A stretch of DNA of 64,000 nucleotides, from positions 1-64,000 of the IMG/VR virus record IMGVR_UViG_2558860226_000001. One strand, 5' to 3'. Every line of letters starts with the position of its first letter. Within the stretch, counting starts at the first letter, position 1. This document shows positions 10,053 to 20,985 of this stretch, in pieces. A program made the translations under genes and the position numbers. The notes under the pieces are model-generated. The model ran no database searches, was not told the DNA's origin, and saw only the letters and a program-made list of their open reading frames with translations. Source of the DNA: a virus. Taxonomy: Duplodnaviria; Caudoviricetes.

Positions 10053-10602
10053 TCAATGTTCAAGCAAATCACGCCAGGCTGCGCTCAGATATTGAAACAT
10101 CGACCAGAACGTCAATACAGCGGCCACATACAAAGCAGCCACGCCAGCAGCCTCCACCATGCGCTCCGGTCGCCACAACAAACCGACCAGCGCAACCATC
10201 TGCGCAGTAGTTTTGAATCTTACCAATCCAGGAAACCGCCACGCTGCTGCGCTTACCCAGCTCCGCCATCCATTCGCGCAAGGCAGAAATAATGATCTCA
10301 CGCGCAATCATCGTAGCGGCGGGCAAGGTAATCCACCATGAATGATAATGCTCAGATACCAGCACCAAAGCAACCGCGACCATGACTTTGTCAGCAACAG
10401 GATCCAAAAAAGCACCAAACCGGGTAGTTTGTCTCCATAAGCGGGCAAGAAAACCATCAAACCAGTCTGTCACGGCTGCAAAAACAAAAATGCTAGCACA
10501 GACCATCGGTGCCCAACTGAATGGCAGATAAAACGCCAGCACAAAGAATGGGATGAGAACAACACGAAACAGGGTAAGCCACGTTGGTATATTAAATCGC
10601 AT
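10053..10602 (-). CDS. pgsA: PgsA, CDP-diacylglycerol--glycerol-3-phosphate phosphatidyltransferase; apparent +1 frameshift near 10216
   Basis: [20 protein letters not shown] motif in one frame; KTTAQM...WRDLLEH C-terminus in another frame. Confidence 0.93.
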
Positions 10603-10659
10603 AGCGTCTGGGTAACTGTCTGGCCCGAAAGATAATAGGGCTATGTTGCTACATTGCCT

Positions 10660-12492
10660 CTAGTGTTTCAATGCATGAAAGATTTTTTCTGCCAGCGCAT
10701 GTGAAATTCCCGGTACGTTGGCAATGTCCTCCACACTTGCATTCATCAGCGGCTGTAACCCCCCCATGTACTTCAGCAAAATCTGACGTCGCTTAGGCCC
10801 TACTCCTTCGATAGTCTCCAGAGAACTGGTGCTTTTGACCTTGGCGCGCTGTTTACGGTGACCACTGATAGCATGATTATGTGAATCGTCGCGAATATGC
10901 TGAATCACATGTAATGCTGGTGAATCAGCGGGCAAGGCCACACCCTCGCCTGTCGCTTCAAAAAATAGCGTCTCAAGCCCAGCCTTACGATCACTACCTT
11001 TCGCAACACCCAACAGTAAAGGTCGGGATGTATCCCACGGTACCTGCAATGATGCAAAAACACCCTTGGCCTGCGCCAGTTGCCCTTTTCCGCCATCGAT
11101 TACAATTACATCAGGAATCTTATCTTCGTCAATTGACTTACCATAGCGACGTCTCAGCACTTGATTCATTGCTGCATAGTCGTCCCCTGGTGTGATACCG
11201 GTAATGTTGTAGCGACGATATTCCGAGCGTACTGGCCCATCTGCATTGAACACAACACAGGAGGCCACCGTCTGCTCTCCCATAGTATGGCTAATATCAA
11301 AACACTCCATACGCTTGATTTTTTCAATGCCAAGCACCGATGCTAACGCCGTCAGACGTTGCTGGATAGTCGACTGTTGTGACAACTTCGTCGTTAGTGC
11401 TGTATGGGCGTTGGTACGCGCCAGTTTAAGGTAGCGTGCGCGGTCACCCCGAGGACGGGTTTGAATCTGAATTTTACGGCCCGCCTGATCGGTTAGCGAC
11501 TCAGCCAGCAACTGATGCTCAGGCAAAGAAAAATCCAGCAAGATTTCAGACGGTAGGGTACGAAAAACACTGCCTTGCAAATAGAACTGCCCCACAAATG
11601 TCTGCACCACTTCCGCCAGCTCAGTCCCACCAGGAACTTTGGGAAAATAGCTGCGACTGCCCAGAACCTTTCCCTGACGAATAAAGAGCACATGCACACA
11701 TGCCATGCCAGCATCGAAGGCCACGCCGATTACGTCAAGATCATCACCATCGCCAGAGACAAATTGTTTTTCAGTGACACGGCGTACAGCCTGAATTTGA
11801 TCACGGATACGTGCGGCCTCTTCAAACCTTAATTTACTGCTCGCTGTTTCCATACGGTCAATCAATCGGGTTAGCACCTGCTGATCTTTGCCTGACAGAA
11901 AAAGACGCACATATTCAACCTGTTGTTGGTACTCTTCATCACTAACAAGGCCACTGACGCAAGGTCCAAGGCAGCGACCAATCTGATATTGCAGGCAAGG
12001 GCGAGAACGGTTGCGGTATACGCTATTTTCACACTGACGGATAGGGAATAGTTTTTGTAATAACATCAGCGTTTCACGAACAGCATTGCCATTAGGAAAC
12101 GGACCAAAATATTCGCCTTTGGCGTGTTTGGCACCACGGTGAACAGACAACCGGGGATGCTCATCCCCACTGAGGAAAATCATCGGGTATGACTTATCAT
12201 CACGTAACAACACGTTGTAACGTGGCTGATAGCGTTTGATATAGTTGTGCTCAAGTAATAGAGCCTCGGTTTCAGTATGCGTGATCGTCACATCGATCTG
12301 CCGGATACTTTTCACCAAAGCCTCTGTTTTACGGCTAGCAACATGAGCACGAAAATAACTTGAAAGGCGTTTCTTCAGATCTTTGGCTTTACCGACGTAG
12401 ATAACCGTGTCGCTAGCATCATACATACGATAAACCCCAGGCTGACTGGTTACAGTCTTCAGAAAAGCCTGGGCATCAAAACGTTCAGTCAC
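10660..12492 (-). CDS. uvrC: Excinuclease ABC subunit C
   Basis: GIY-YIG N-terminus ([18 protein letters not shown]), ECFDISH, DGGKGQL, C-terminal HhH. Confidence 0.98.
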   Translation of the reverse strand: MTERFDAQAFLKTVTSQPGVYRMYDASDTVIYVGKAKDLKKRLSSYFRAHVASRKTEALVKSIRQIDVTITHTETEALLLEHNYIKRYQPRYNVLLRDDKSYPMIFLSGDEHPRLSVHRGAKHAKGEYFGPFPNGNAVRETLMLLQKLFPIRQCENSVYRNRSRPCLQYQIGRCLGPCVSGLVSDEEYQQQVEYVRLFLSGKDQQVLTRLIDRMETASSKLRFEEAARIRDQIQAVRRVTEKQFVSGDGDDLDVIGVAFDAGMACVHVLFIRQGKVLGSRSYFPKVPGGTELAEVVQTFVGQFYLQGSVFRTLPSEILLDFSLPEHQLLAESLTDQAGRKIQIQTRPRGDRARYLKLARTNAHTALTTKLSQQSTIQQRLTALASVLGIEKIKRMECFDISHTMGEQTVASCVVFNADGPVRSEYRRYNITGITPGDDYAAMNQVLRRRYGKSIDEDKIPDVIVIDGGKGQLAQAKGVFASLQVPWDTSRPLLLGVAKGSDRKAGLETLFFEATGEGVALPADSPALHVIQHIRDDSHNHAISGHRKQRAKVKSTSSLETIEGVGPKRRQILLKYMGGLQPLMNASVEDIANVPGISHALAEKIFHALKH

Positions 12493-13141
12493 TACTAATC
12501 AATGTCTCCGCATTAAAGAGTCCATGTCGAATCGCCAGATGCGTTAGTTCAACATCACCATTGATGTTTAGTTTATTAAACATTCGGTAACGATAACTAT
12601 TGACCGTTTTTGGGCTAAGGTTGAGTTGATCAGAGATCTCTGTCACTTTCTGCCCTTTAGTGATCATGATCATAATCTGCAATTCACGCTCAGAAAGACA
12701 CTCCAACGGTGTTTCTGTCTGTGGCTCCAACTGACTCAATGCCATTTGCTGGGCGATATCCGACGCAATATATCGCTTACCGGCATGTACAGAGCGAATG
12801 GCACAGATTACCTCTTCTGGCGTGGCTCCCTTGCTAAGGTAACCTGCCGCGCCTGCCTGCATTACTTTAGCAGGTAATGGGTTCTCTGTGTAAATAGTTA
12901 GCACTATAACTTTAATTTCAGGGGAAAATCGTACAATTTTGCGTGTTGCCTCCAGGCCGCCAATTCCTGGCATGTTCATATCCATCAACACAACGTCCAC
13001 ACTGTTATTACGGCACCATTTGACCGCATCTTCACCGCACTGAGCCTCACCAACAACCTTGAGGCCTTTAATATCGTCAAGAATGCGCCGTATCCCTGCT
13101 CGCACCAGTTCATGGTCATCAACAAGAAAAACGCTAATCAA
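12485..13141 (-). CDS. uvrY: Response regulator UvrY/GacA/ExpA
   Basis: REC + LuxR HTH; TTG start with GGAG SD; overlaps uvrC start as in the conserved uvrY-uvrC operon. Confidence 0.96.
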   Translation of the reverse strand: MISVFLVDDHELVRAGIRRILDDIKGLKVVGEAQCGEDAVKWCRNNSVDVVLMDMNMPGIGGLEATRKIVRFSPEIKVIVLTIYTENPLPAKVMQAGAAGYLSKGATPEEVICAIRSVHAGKRYIASDIAQQMALSQLEPQTETPLECLSERELQIMIMITKGQKVTEISDQLNLSPKTVNSYRYRMFNKLNINGDVELTHLAIRHGLFNAETLISSD

Positions 13142-13781
13142 AGAACAATTCTCCAAAAAGAGTAACACTTGCAGACAATTCCATTGCAGGTGATACTACG
13201 TGGTTTCGAAAAAATGAACACACTTTTCAATTAGAAGTGTATTTTTATTCTACTGTATGGTATTATCATAAGAGCCTATAAATGATACCTACCGCGCATC
13301 ATCCAAAGAACTTACTCCCATCACAGTATTCATGTTTCAAACCTGGTTTTTTAGAGAAACAGACGTGTCGAACGTCTAAAAATAGAAAATTTAAATTTAA
13401 TCAATGAACTATAAAAGCTTGCACCTGCATCCAATCAGGCCAGCAACAACTATCATCTATTGTAACTGTCTTGTCGCTTTGCTGCACTGGCTATTTACTA
13501 CAAATAATACACCTCTTCCAAAATATCCATATAAAAATTGCAAGGTGTCTACTCAAACGCATTTACAATGCCAAACGCATATTGATCAAATATGGGCAAA
13601 ATGTGGCATAAACAGATAAAAACAAGGCGATTTTATGGCCTGATGGGGCTAATTTCTTCACCAGACGCATTGTAGTTCATGGTATAATAAGACCAATTTT
13701 TGTTATGTCACCAACTGTATCATGGTGCAGAACCAATCCCAGGGCCCATTGCATCGGCTTGCGTTTGTTAAAGGAGATACT

Positions 13782-14006
13782 ATGAACAATAATGACTTTC
13801 CAACAGCCTCCACACCAGAAACACTGGCTCATGAAGCCAGTTGCATGAAGGTATTGATGACGTTGATACTAAAATCTATCGGCCAGGCTGATGCAGGCAA
13901 AGTTATCATTAGCATGGAAAAATACTCAGCACAACTGGAAGACCCTGCTCAGGCAGAAATATTTAGTACCACCATTAATCAAATCAAAACTGTTTACCGC
14001 CGCTAA
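13782..14006 (+). CDS. yecF: YecF (DUF2594) family protein
   Basis: SCMKVLMTLILKSIGQADAGKVI...QIKTVYR; divergent from uvrY; AAGGAG SD. Confidence 0.85.
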   Translation: MNNNDFPTASTPETLAHEASCMKVLMTLILKSIGQADAGKVIISMEKYSAQLEDPAQAEIFSTTINQIKTVYRR

Positions 14007-14341
14007 TCAAAGCCCATCGGCCAACAGCATAGTGATAAAGGTCCGATGGGTATAAAATCTTTTCCTTCAAAAAATAAACAGACATAAATAATAGTGAACT
14101 CCGGTTCGGGGAAGTTATATATCCTAAACAATTCGAGTTTTAGACGACACGCCTACGCCTTGAAGTACAATAGATACATTTAATCTAATATAGATTGTTA
14201 TCGAATAAACAATAAAACGAGAAGTCTAATAAGTTTTATTTTTAATCAATTAATTTCCCAAAAATAACAATTAAATCAGTTTTGAAATCAAATGGCAGGA
14301 ATTGTTTGATGAAACTTGCTTTAGGCAATTAAAAGAAGTGT

Positions 14342-14388
14342 TGGTGGGTCGTATAGGGCTCGAACCTATGACCAATTGATTAAGAGTC
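14342..14388 (-). other. att core: 3' half of tRNA-Lys(CTT)
   Basis: Minus strand GACTCTTAATCAATTGGTCATAGGTTCGAGCCCTATACGACCCACCA; 5' half absent. Confidence 0.88.
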
Positions 14389-14461
14389 CATAGATAGTCC
14401 AATTAACCTATCTAATATCAACAAGTTACCTGCATTCACACCGCATTTTTACGTTGTAGAT

Positions 14462-14501
14462 CGTCACAATGCGACAAAAAGCGCCGCTCTACGTCACAAT
14501 G
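14462..14501. repeat. 2x CGTCACAATG near att; possible arm-type sites
   Basis: Copies at 14462 and 14492. Confidence 0.45.
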
Positions 14502-14690
14502 ACGGCACGCGCATGATCAGTCTACAGGCTCCTGATATCCGCATTCATCACAGTACCACCATTGCCGGTTGTACTCGACGATCTGCCGCATTTCACTGCC
14601 GCAAATTGGGCAGAATTTATAGTTGTCATCCCGTGCTAATTTAGTCTCAGTTGCTTCCGTTTTTTTGTTATCAGCCATGTTTTAATTCCC

Positions 14691-15281
14691 TCACTGTTGT
14701 TTTGCCGCGGCAACATCGGATACATATTTGTTTTTGCGATCGGCTATGCGATTACGCACAATTGTTTGTTTTGTCGCCTCCTGTGGCCCGTCAGCAACAA
14801 TTGCTGCAAGATACGCCTGATTTAAGTCGTTCATGTCGTTTTTGTATTCTGTGGCCAACACAGCTAACGTGGCAGAAACGGCATCGGCACGTTGCGCCGC
14901 GGTATTCGTAACCCATGCATTACCATCCCACTCGTCATATTGAGTTTCCGGAATTAATAAAGTCAGATTTGACGGCAATTCACCAAGCGTGCTAACCACC
15001 TGCGGTTGACGTGTTTGCGTGTCATATGCAGTTTGACCACGATAGTCAGTAACGATTTCCCATGTTAAATGATCGAGGCTACGCACGATGGCTGTTCCGG
15101 ATTGTGAAATAGGTGGAGCATCTGTGTAGCTATTTGCTGGGATGCCAGTCCCGGTCATCAAAAATTCCTCCCCGCTACCAACATACTCACCAGTCACGCT
15201 ATTTGCGTGATAAATCACAATCCAGCCGTCACTGACTGCGAATCCATGCTCATCGAGCGTGGTATATTGTTTATCTGTCAT
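14691..15281 (-). CDS. Tail fibre assembly protein
   Basis: GTGIPANSYTDAPP..WEIVTDYRG..LGELP..WDGNAWVT; coupled to fibre. Confidence 0.85.
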   Translation of the reverse strand: MTDKQYTTLDEHGFAVSDGWIVIYHANSVTGEYVGSGEEFLMTGTGIPANSYTDAPPISQSGTAIVRSLDHLTWEIVTDYRGQTAYDTQTRQPQVVSTLGELPSNLTLLIPETQYDEWDGNAWVTNTAAQRADAVSATLAVLATEYKNDMNDLNQAYLAAIVADGPQEATKQTIVRNRIADRKNKYVSDVAAAKQQ

Positions 15282-16666
15282 GCTGCTCTCACTATGTAGT
15301 TGAATGCGACGTTGCGCGGGCGGTTTTCCGATGCAGTAGGAACGACTGCACTAGCTCGGAAATATTTGTAGTAAAAACCATTAGGGCCAGACGCGGCAGA
15401 AAATGGCGCAGATGTGCCTGTGTCAGTTACAAACGCGCCAGACGTCATCCCGATATTGTACCCAACCATCGAACCAGTAATATCCCTGATCGCGTCCCCC
15501 TGTGACGTTCCAATCCCCCGCCCCGCATCCACCCCCCGCCCATCATCCCAGCCGCGAATAAATTCGCCGCGCAGATCCGGCAGTACACCGCCGGGGTAGA
15601 CTTGTGCCAGTTTCGGATATGTTGATGTGTTGAATGATTGTCCGTTGCATTTCAGCCAGCCAGATGGCGCTGTGGACTGCGGCCACGGTAACGGTATGCC
15701 GACTATTTCAGAAACGGAAATGGCCCCAATGTCCGCCGGCAACGGCTTAAATGCGGTGGTGTAAATCTGTTCCCACGGGTTCGGAAAACCAGAGTTTCCA
15801 ATTGACGATCTGTAGCTCAACCCGCGGTTGCCAAAAAGTGCTTGAAATTGCAGAGCTGTGCAACTGGCCGACGATCCGTGAAAGTGCACCACCATCTCTG
15901 ATGCGCCATCTACATCAGCACGATATACGCCGCTCTTAGCGTCCCATGGAACATTAAATCCGGAAACGGCACCAGTAAAGTCCAATCCGAACGAGCTATT
16001 ATGAACAAACTCGGTGGTGGCGATTTGCGTAGTGCTGGTTGCCGATGATGCGGTTGGCGCCGTTGGCGTCCCAGTTAACGCAGGACTGGCGAGCGGGGCG
16101 GCTGACAAATATGACAACACATTGGCAATCGATGCCTGGCCGATTATGTCTCGACCGACTGAGGTAATATCGGCCTGTGCCAGCACATCAACGCCAGTGA
16201 AATACGGCAATTTATTTGCACCACCGGAAAGCCCCGCAAATGCTGTTAATGTCGAATCCCTTGGTTGATAAGCCGCAGTTAAATTAAACCATCCAGTTGA
16301 TACTGAGTTTGGGTTATTGGTATTTGCGTCAGTAGTGCTGACATAAATAGATGTTCCGTCATCACCGAGGATTACCGCACCTTTGGGATAACCCGCTATA
16401 GCGGCAGAAAATGTTGCGTCATATGAATTTAATGCGCCAGCGCTGAACCATCTACTTAGATTTGATAATTCATATAGAATCTGGTTCATGTCCTGCCCTT
16501 TTGGGGGTAGGCCACCAGCCGCTTTCAGTATCATCGTTACTGGCGGAAATCCAGCATCATATGATGCCGTGTTATCTCCGGCTGGAGTCGTGCTTAATAT
16601 GTTTTCTCGCTGCCCGTTAACGCCGAACGGCACGGGTTGTTTCTTGGGTGCATCAGAGCGATTCAT
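15278..16666 (-). CDS. Tail fibre protein with collar domain
   Basis: N-terminal GFPPVTM..AGGLPPKGQDMN anchor; collar motif; ends RPRNVAFNYIVRAA. Confidence 0.92.
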   Translation of the reverse strand: MNRSDAPKKQPVPFGVNGQRENILSTTPAGDNTASYDAGFPPVTMILKAAGGLPPKGQDMNQILYELSNLSRWFSAGALNSYDATFSAAIAGYPKGAVILGDDGTSIYVSTTDANTNNPNSVSTGWFNLTAAYQPRDSTLTAFAGLSGGANKLPYFTGVDVLAQADITSVGRDIIGQASIANVLSYLSAAPLASPALTGTPTAPTASSATSTTQIATTEFVHNSSFGLDFTGAVSGFNVPWDAKSGVYRADVDGASEMVVHFHGSSASCTALQFQALFGNRGLSYRSSIGNSGFPNPWEQIYTTAFKPLPADIGAISVSEIVGIPLPWPQSTAPSGWLKCNGQSFNTSTYPKLAQVYPGGVLPDLRGEFIRGWDDGRGVDAGRGIGTSQGDAIRDITGSMVGYNIGMTSGAFVTDTGTSAPFSAASGPNGFYYKYFRASAVVPTASENRPRNVAFNYIVRAA

Positions 16667-16668
16667 AA

Positions 16669-17313
16669 TTAACCTTTATAAAATGTTCCATCGTTGAATG
16701 GGTATGCATCATCAGCAAATCCAAAATACGGAGGGGCAATTTGTGAAATATTTAACTGAACACCACTTGGCACCGGAACCACATTATAATCCGTCAGGAT
16801 TGATTTTTCATATGGTGCCAATGCAAATTCGAATGTTATGCCGATCGTCATATCTCGATAATTGACGCAATACGCACGTCCACGACCAGCAAATAACATA
16901 ACCAGAAATTTGTTTATCTCCGGTATTGTAGCAATGCTAATATTAGAAAACGCCTTGCACATTATTAGTGTGCGATAGGCATCATCAGACAGTCTGACTG
17001 ATGTGGTTTCCTGAACACCTGCATAAAATGGTGAATCATTAAATGGTAGTGGATAATCTGATGCCCCCGCATTGGACTCATAGAATCCAAACGCATCACT
17101 ATCGATTGGCGCAGTTATATACCTGCCTATTCCTACTATTTTTCCCCACACGTCTAATCCATAAGACTCATTAGCAGTCAAATCCCACACTTTATTGATA
17201 AATTCATTGGTAAACTCATCAATACTCACGGCCTGATTAAATGTGTTGATGATAGATAACAATGCAGTACTGTTTGCGTACTGCGCGTATATTGTCGATT
17301 CCCAATTATTCAT
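16669..17313 (-). CDS. Baseplate protein (DUF2612-like)
   Basis: YAQYANS..GLDVWGKIVG..LSDDAYR; between baseplate J and fibre. Confidence 0.82.
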   Translation of the reverse strand: MNNWESTIYAQYANSTALLSIINTFNQAVSIDEFTNEFINKVWDLTANESYGLDVWGKIVGIGRYITAPIDSDAFGFYESNAGASDYPLPFNDSPFYAGVQETTSVRLSDDAYRTLIMCKAFSNISIATIPEINKFLVMLFAGRGRAYCVNYRDMTIGITFEFALAPYEKSILTDYNVVPVPSGVQLNISQIAPPYFGFADDAYPFNDGTFYKG

Positions 17314-18545
17314 ACAAGATTTACCGTAATGTCAGAATCCTGAATTGTTGGTATCTGATCAATCCCCATTGTAACCGAGGGTGCATACGATGACCCGGTC
17401 AGAGATATTTCAATTGATAACACGCTAACCGTGTCGGGCGATATGGATATCACCGGAGCATAGTATTTACCGGCGTTAATCGATGCGCCGATTCGTGCCT
17501 TTCCTATTCCCTCATACCCTCCGGTAAAAACAGTGGTTACCATGTTTTTTACCAGTTGCGTAATGTTGCTAGGAGGGTTTAGTGTGCTATCAATATTGAC
17601 AGTAAAATACACTCGCGTTGGCGAGGCTTTTTGCCATTGCATCACATATTCAGGATATGGAGTTCCATAGTTTGTGCTGTCATAAACAGTATATGTAGTA
17701 TTGCCATTCATGTCAGCGCCGGGGTTGTAGGTTTTGAATATAGCATTAGCTACATCACTATCAGACCCCCCATAAGCGCAAATATAAATAGAATGCCCCA
17801 ATACATGAAAATTTGTTGTCCCTTTATTCACTACGCTGGCGGTTCTGTTTGACCACACATAGGCATCAAGGACGCCATTCACCTCAAGCACGGCAGATAA
17901 TACAGCTCCATCCATATTTCTTGCGTTTCTCGCCACAGATTCCTTTCGGCGATATTCAAAATTAGCTCTTGATTCCTCAAGACTGCCAAGCACACCAGCA
18001 GAATTGTTAATAACGCCAGACCATCCGGGGACTGCCTGATAAATCGCAGTTAGCGCACCAATCGGGCAGGCAATCGCACCAGCGGTTTGGTTTTGGAAAA
18101 TCACCGACACGGTGCCATCAGATGATATTGTTGCCGCCGATGTTGATGCATAAATGTAGCCGTTAACATCCTGAGCCAGACTCCCGGCAGGAATAATAGT
18201 ACCGACCAGCCCTGAGCATGTAGCAGTTACCGCCGTTCCGGTGGCGGCGATTCGCTCCATGAAATAAACGCGACCAATAGCGTCCTGAAATCGCCCGGAT
18301 GCATAGTCAGGATTGATTTGATTTACTATTGCCAGTAGCTGATCGTTTTTATCAGCAATGATTGCCGAATCTGATACGGATATTTGCCCTTGCGGGGTTG
18401 ATAAATCCTGACTCATTGCGCTACCGAGCGCAGTAGAAAAGTCCGTGATGCGACCCGATAAAATATCTGCCTCATCTGGAACAGCTAACCCGGATGTTGA
18501 AAATGACACTGACGGGACGGAGGTTTCTATTGTCGTTGTTGCCAT
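17310..18545 (-). CDS. Baseplate J-like wedge protein
   Basis: TPQGQ, PDYASGRFQDAIG, ESRANFEYRR. Confidence 0.87.
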   Translation of the reverse strand: MATTTIETSVPSVSFSTSGLAVPDEADILSGRITDFSTALGSAMSQDLSTPQGQISVSDSAIIADKNDQLLAIVNQINPDYASGRFQDAIGRVYFMERIAATGTAVTATCSGLVGTIIPAGSLAQDVNGYIYASTSAATISSDGTVSVIFQNQTAGAIACPIGALTAIYQAVPGWSGVINNSAGVLGSLEESRANFEYRRKESVARNARNMDGAVLSAVLEVNGVLDAYVWSNRTASVVNKGTTNFHVLGHSIYICAYGGSDSDVANAIFKTYNPGADMNGNTTYTVYDSTNYGTPYPEYVMQWQKASPTRVYFTVNIDSTLNPPSNITQLVKNMVTTVFTGGYEGIGKARIGASINAGKYYAPVISISPDTVSVLSIEISLTGSSYAPSVTMGIDQIPTIQDSDITVNLV

Positions 18546-18551
18546 ATTCAC

Positions 18552-18911
18552 TCACATATTTACTGTTGATGTGGTTCCGTTCGTGTCCACAATAGTTATT
18601 ACGCCATATGATTGGCGCTTCTGTTGATCATTTATGATTGTGGCTTGTGCTGTTGATACATAATCCAGCCTCATAGCCTCATTCTGCAAATAAGATTGAA
18701 TAAGACCGGAACCCGGAATAAATCCCATAATTTGGGTATTGTACGGGATGCCTATTGTGTTGTCATATACACACTCACCGAGATATAAACTACAGGCTGT
18801 AGCCACATCCTGTGCGACGGAATAGGGATTGTTTACAACGGCGAGGTTACCAGAATCATCCAGCTGAATATCCCACGTATCAGAATTGAGTGATAATGTC
18901 CTGTTTTGCAT
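18552..18911 (-). CDS. Baseplate wedge / sheath initiator (gpW/gp25-like)
   Basis: WDIQLDDSGNLAV..SVAQDV..GEC.YD..GIPY; directly upstream of J. Confidence 0.75.
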   Translation of the reverse strand: MQNRTLSLNSDTWDIQLDDSGNLAVVNNPYSVAQDVATACSLYLGECVYDNTIGIPYNTQIMGFIPGSGLIQSYLQNEAMRLDYVSTAQATIINDQQKRQSYGVITIVDTNGTTSTVNM

Positions 18912-19527
18912 TTGCTACCCTCCTGAATGCATAGGTGTCGATTCCATCTCTACCTAGCTCTGTTTCTGTTTTGCAGTGATCGACGCATTCAAACCCGTTT
19001 TCCAAAAACCATTTTCGTAAACCTACGTCAGTGAAATACCAAATGTGTTCGTCTTTCCTGAAATGTCGAGATTTTAAAATATGCTCAGCATTATCAAAAA
19101 TAGGGATGGATACGAAAACCCACTCTGTAGCCTGAGATATGGCCTGTTCTGGGTTGTCTATATGCTCCAGCACATCCCAAAATGTTAGCGCGGAAGCCTT
19201 TTCATTGTAGATATCATGAAATTTCCCGTTTTTATGCAGCCATTCTACACCAGCTGGATTAACGTCAAACCCCTTAGCGTTTTCGCACTTTGATACAAAC
19301 TGACCGCACCCAATCCCCACATCGACAACATCACCGGCGTGGTACTTTTTTACAAAATTGATGCGGAATTTTGTTAACTCTCGTCCCATTTCAGTGCTTG
19401 CCATTGATGCATATTTTGAGAAATAACCTTCATCATATGGCCTGTTTTTTGGTACAGGGTAGTGACCTATTCCCAGCTCAGGGAAAAATGACAATTCACT
19501 ATTAATGAGTTCACAAATTTTTTTCAT
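18880..19527 (-). CDS. Class I SAM-dependent methyltransferase
   Basis: VVDVGIGCGQF, GFDVNP, FWDVLEHI, EHIWYF motifs. Confidence 0.88.
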   Translation of the reverse strand: MKKICELINSELSFFPELGIGHYPVPKNRPYDEGYFSKYASMASTEMGRELTKFRINFVKKYHAGDVVDVGIGCGQFVSKCENAKGFDVNPAGVEWLHKNGKFHDIYNEKASALTFWDVLEHIDNPEQAISQATEWVFVSIPIFDNAEHILKSRHFRKDEHIWYFTDVGLRKWFLENGFECVDHCKTETELGRDGIDTYAFRRVANAKQDIITQF

Positions 19528-20395
19528 TTAACCATCCGGTTATTTTCTCTGTCAGGTTTGAAATTCTTTTATCGCAATTGTGTTTCATCTCCTGACACAT
19601 GCAGTAATTGTCAGGGTATACAAACAAGCATTGACTCAAATCCATAATAGATGCATCTGTTATGCGCGAGTGATGATTACTACCACCACAACCACCACCA
19701 ATAAAAATCATTTTGGTGCGATATGCTAACGCCGCTTGAGATATGAGGCATGGGCCCGTCACGACAATATCAGCGTGGTTTACCAGTGCCATTAACTCGG
19801 TGATTTTCAATTCACCATTATGCAATTTCAGATCGGCATATGGTTCTAAATCTGGTATCCACTCCGCGCCCGGAACTGTATCCGCCACACTGACGCAAAA
19901 ATAGCCGCGTCTGTGCAGTAATTTCGCGGCGGCATCGATATTTTTATTCAATGGCCCACGCGATTTGTGATGCCATTCTGACCGCTCTGTTGTGGGTCGG
20001 ATTAACGCTATTTTTCTACCTTTCGGCAATCCGATGTCAGGCAGCGCGAATTTTGGTAAATCGAACCCATCAGGCTCGCAGCCAAAAACGCGTCTGGCGG
20101 CTGAAAATATCCCACCGGGCCGCATCAGGTCAGCATTGCCATAGAATATTCTTCTCGACTCCATCTGAACTGGAGGGAGTTGAACATATCTGATAGTTGA
20201 TGATTGCTCATTTTTACGCTGAGTGCGCAATGTGGTATCTGAGCGGATGAAATTGACGTTCGGCAGATCGGAATAAAATTCAGGGATGGAGGTTTTTAGG
20301 TAAATCTCTCGCGTTTGGCATAACCGCTTGATAAACGCTCGCTGAAATATGTTGTCCCCTATCCCCTGCATACCGTCGATGTAGAGTTTTTGCAT
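19511..20395 (-). CDS. GT9-like (heptosyltransferase-type, GT-B) glycosyltransferase
   Basis: GMQGIGDNI N-terminal motif; LKITELMALVNHADIVV..AALAY C-terminal motif. Confidence 0.72.
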   Translation of the reverse strand: MQKLYIDGMQGIGDNIFQRAFIKRLCQTREIYLKTSIPEFYSDLPNVNFIRSDTTLRTQRKNEQSSTIRYVQLPPVQMESRRIFYGNADLMRPGGIFSAARRVFGCEPDGFDLPKFALPDIGLPKGRKIALIRPTTERSEWHHKSRGPLNKNIDAAAKLLHRRGYFCVSVADTVPGAEWIPDLEPYADLKLHNGELKITELMALVNHADIVVTGPCLISQAALAYRTKMIFIGGGCGGSNHHSRITDASIMDLSQCLFVYPDNYCMCQEMKHNCDKRISNLTEKITGWLNEKNL

Positions 20396-20931
20396 AACGA
20401 TAATTGTTCCTCAAAATTCCCGGTCGGGAAGGCATTCAGTTCTGTATGTCGGGAGCAGTTGATCACCTTGGTTTTTCCCATGCGAGCAGATGCACGCAGG
20501 AAATCATCGTGCCAGCGCCGCACAAGGTTTATATCGGGGTTTTGTAACACTCCAGAGTGATCGCTATGCCAGTGCATACCGTTGGATAGCGAACAGTCAT
20601 AACCGATCAGTAGAATGCGCGTCGCGCCAAGGTGCTTTGCTAGCAAGATGGCCCGTTGCCCGGAATTAAAGCCGCCTTGTAGTTCTGGCGGGAATAGCCG
20701 CAAGCCAAACAATGCCGAAGTGGTTTCGTTTGAAGCCCACCGCATAGCATCTGAACGTATGATTTTGTGGTTTTGCTCCCACCATTCATGGTCACCGGCA
20801 TAAATATGGTGGCACTCTGGTATCAATGACCATGAGTTGTTAACTGCAATAATTTGGCAGCCAGAGGCCGCCGCAAGTCGGCAGTCATTGGCTGTTAGCG
20901 ATGGCCCGGAGGCAATGCATATAAAGTTCAT
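20359..20931 (-). CDS. Maf/DUF115/sialyltransferase-like transferase
   Basis: IASGPSL, IIAVNNSW, NSGQRAILLA.HLGA.RI.LIGYD, HWH, VINCS motifs. Confidence 0.62.
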   Translation of the reverse strand: MNFICIASGPSLTANDCRLAAASGCQIIAVNNSWSLIPECHHIYAGDHEWWEQNHKIIRSDAMRWASNETTSALFGLRLFPPELQGGFNSGQRAILLAKHLGATRILLIGYDCSLSNGMHWHSDHSGVLQNPDINLVRRWHDDFLRASARMGKTKVINCSRHTELNAFPTGNFEEQLSLCKNSTSTVCRG

Positions 20932-20938
20932 AGGCAAT

Positions 20939-20960
20939 AAAAAACCCGCCGGAGCGGGTT
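20939..20960 (-). terminator. Intrinsic terminator after doc
   Basis: aacccgc-N4-gcgggtt with U-tract on the minus strand. Confidence 0.75.
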
Positions 20961-20985
20961 GGGTGTGATGATGTCGCGAGTAAGC

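Noticed and set aside
13200-13720. ORF 13404-13619 or an sRNA in the uvrY-yecF spacer
   Set aside because: AT-rich divergent promoter region; no SD, motif or structure that I could support
14592-14613. TTCACTGCC-N8-GGCAG resembling a solitary type I-F CRISPR repeat (RNA anti-CRISPR)
   Set aside because: The loop is 8 nt rather than 5, the CTTAGAAA 3' handle is absent, and it lies in the att-arm region away from the acr promoters
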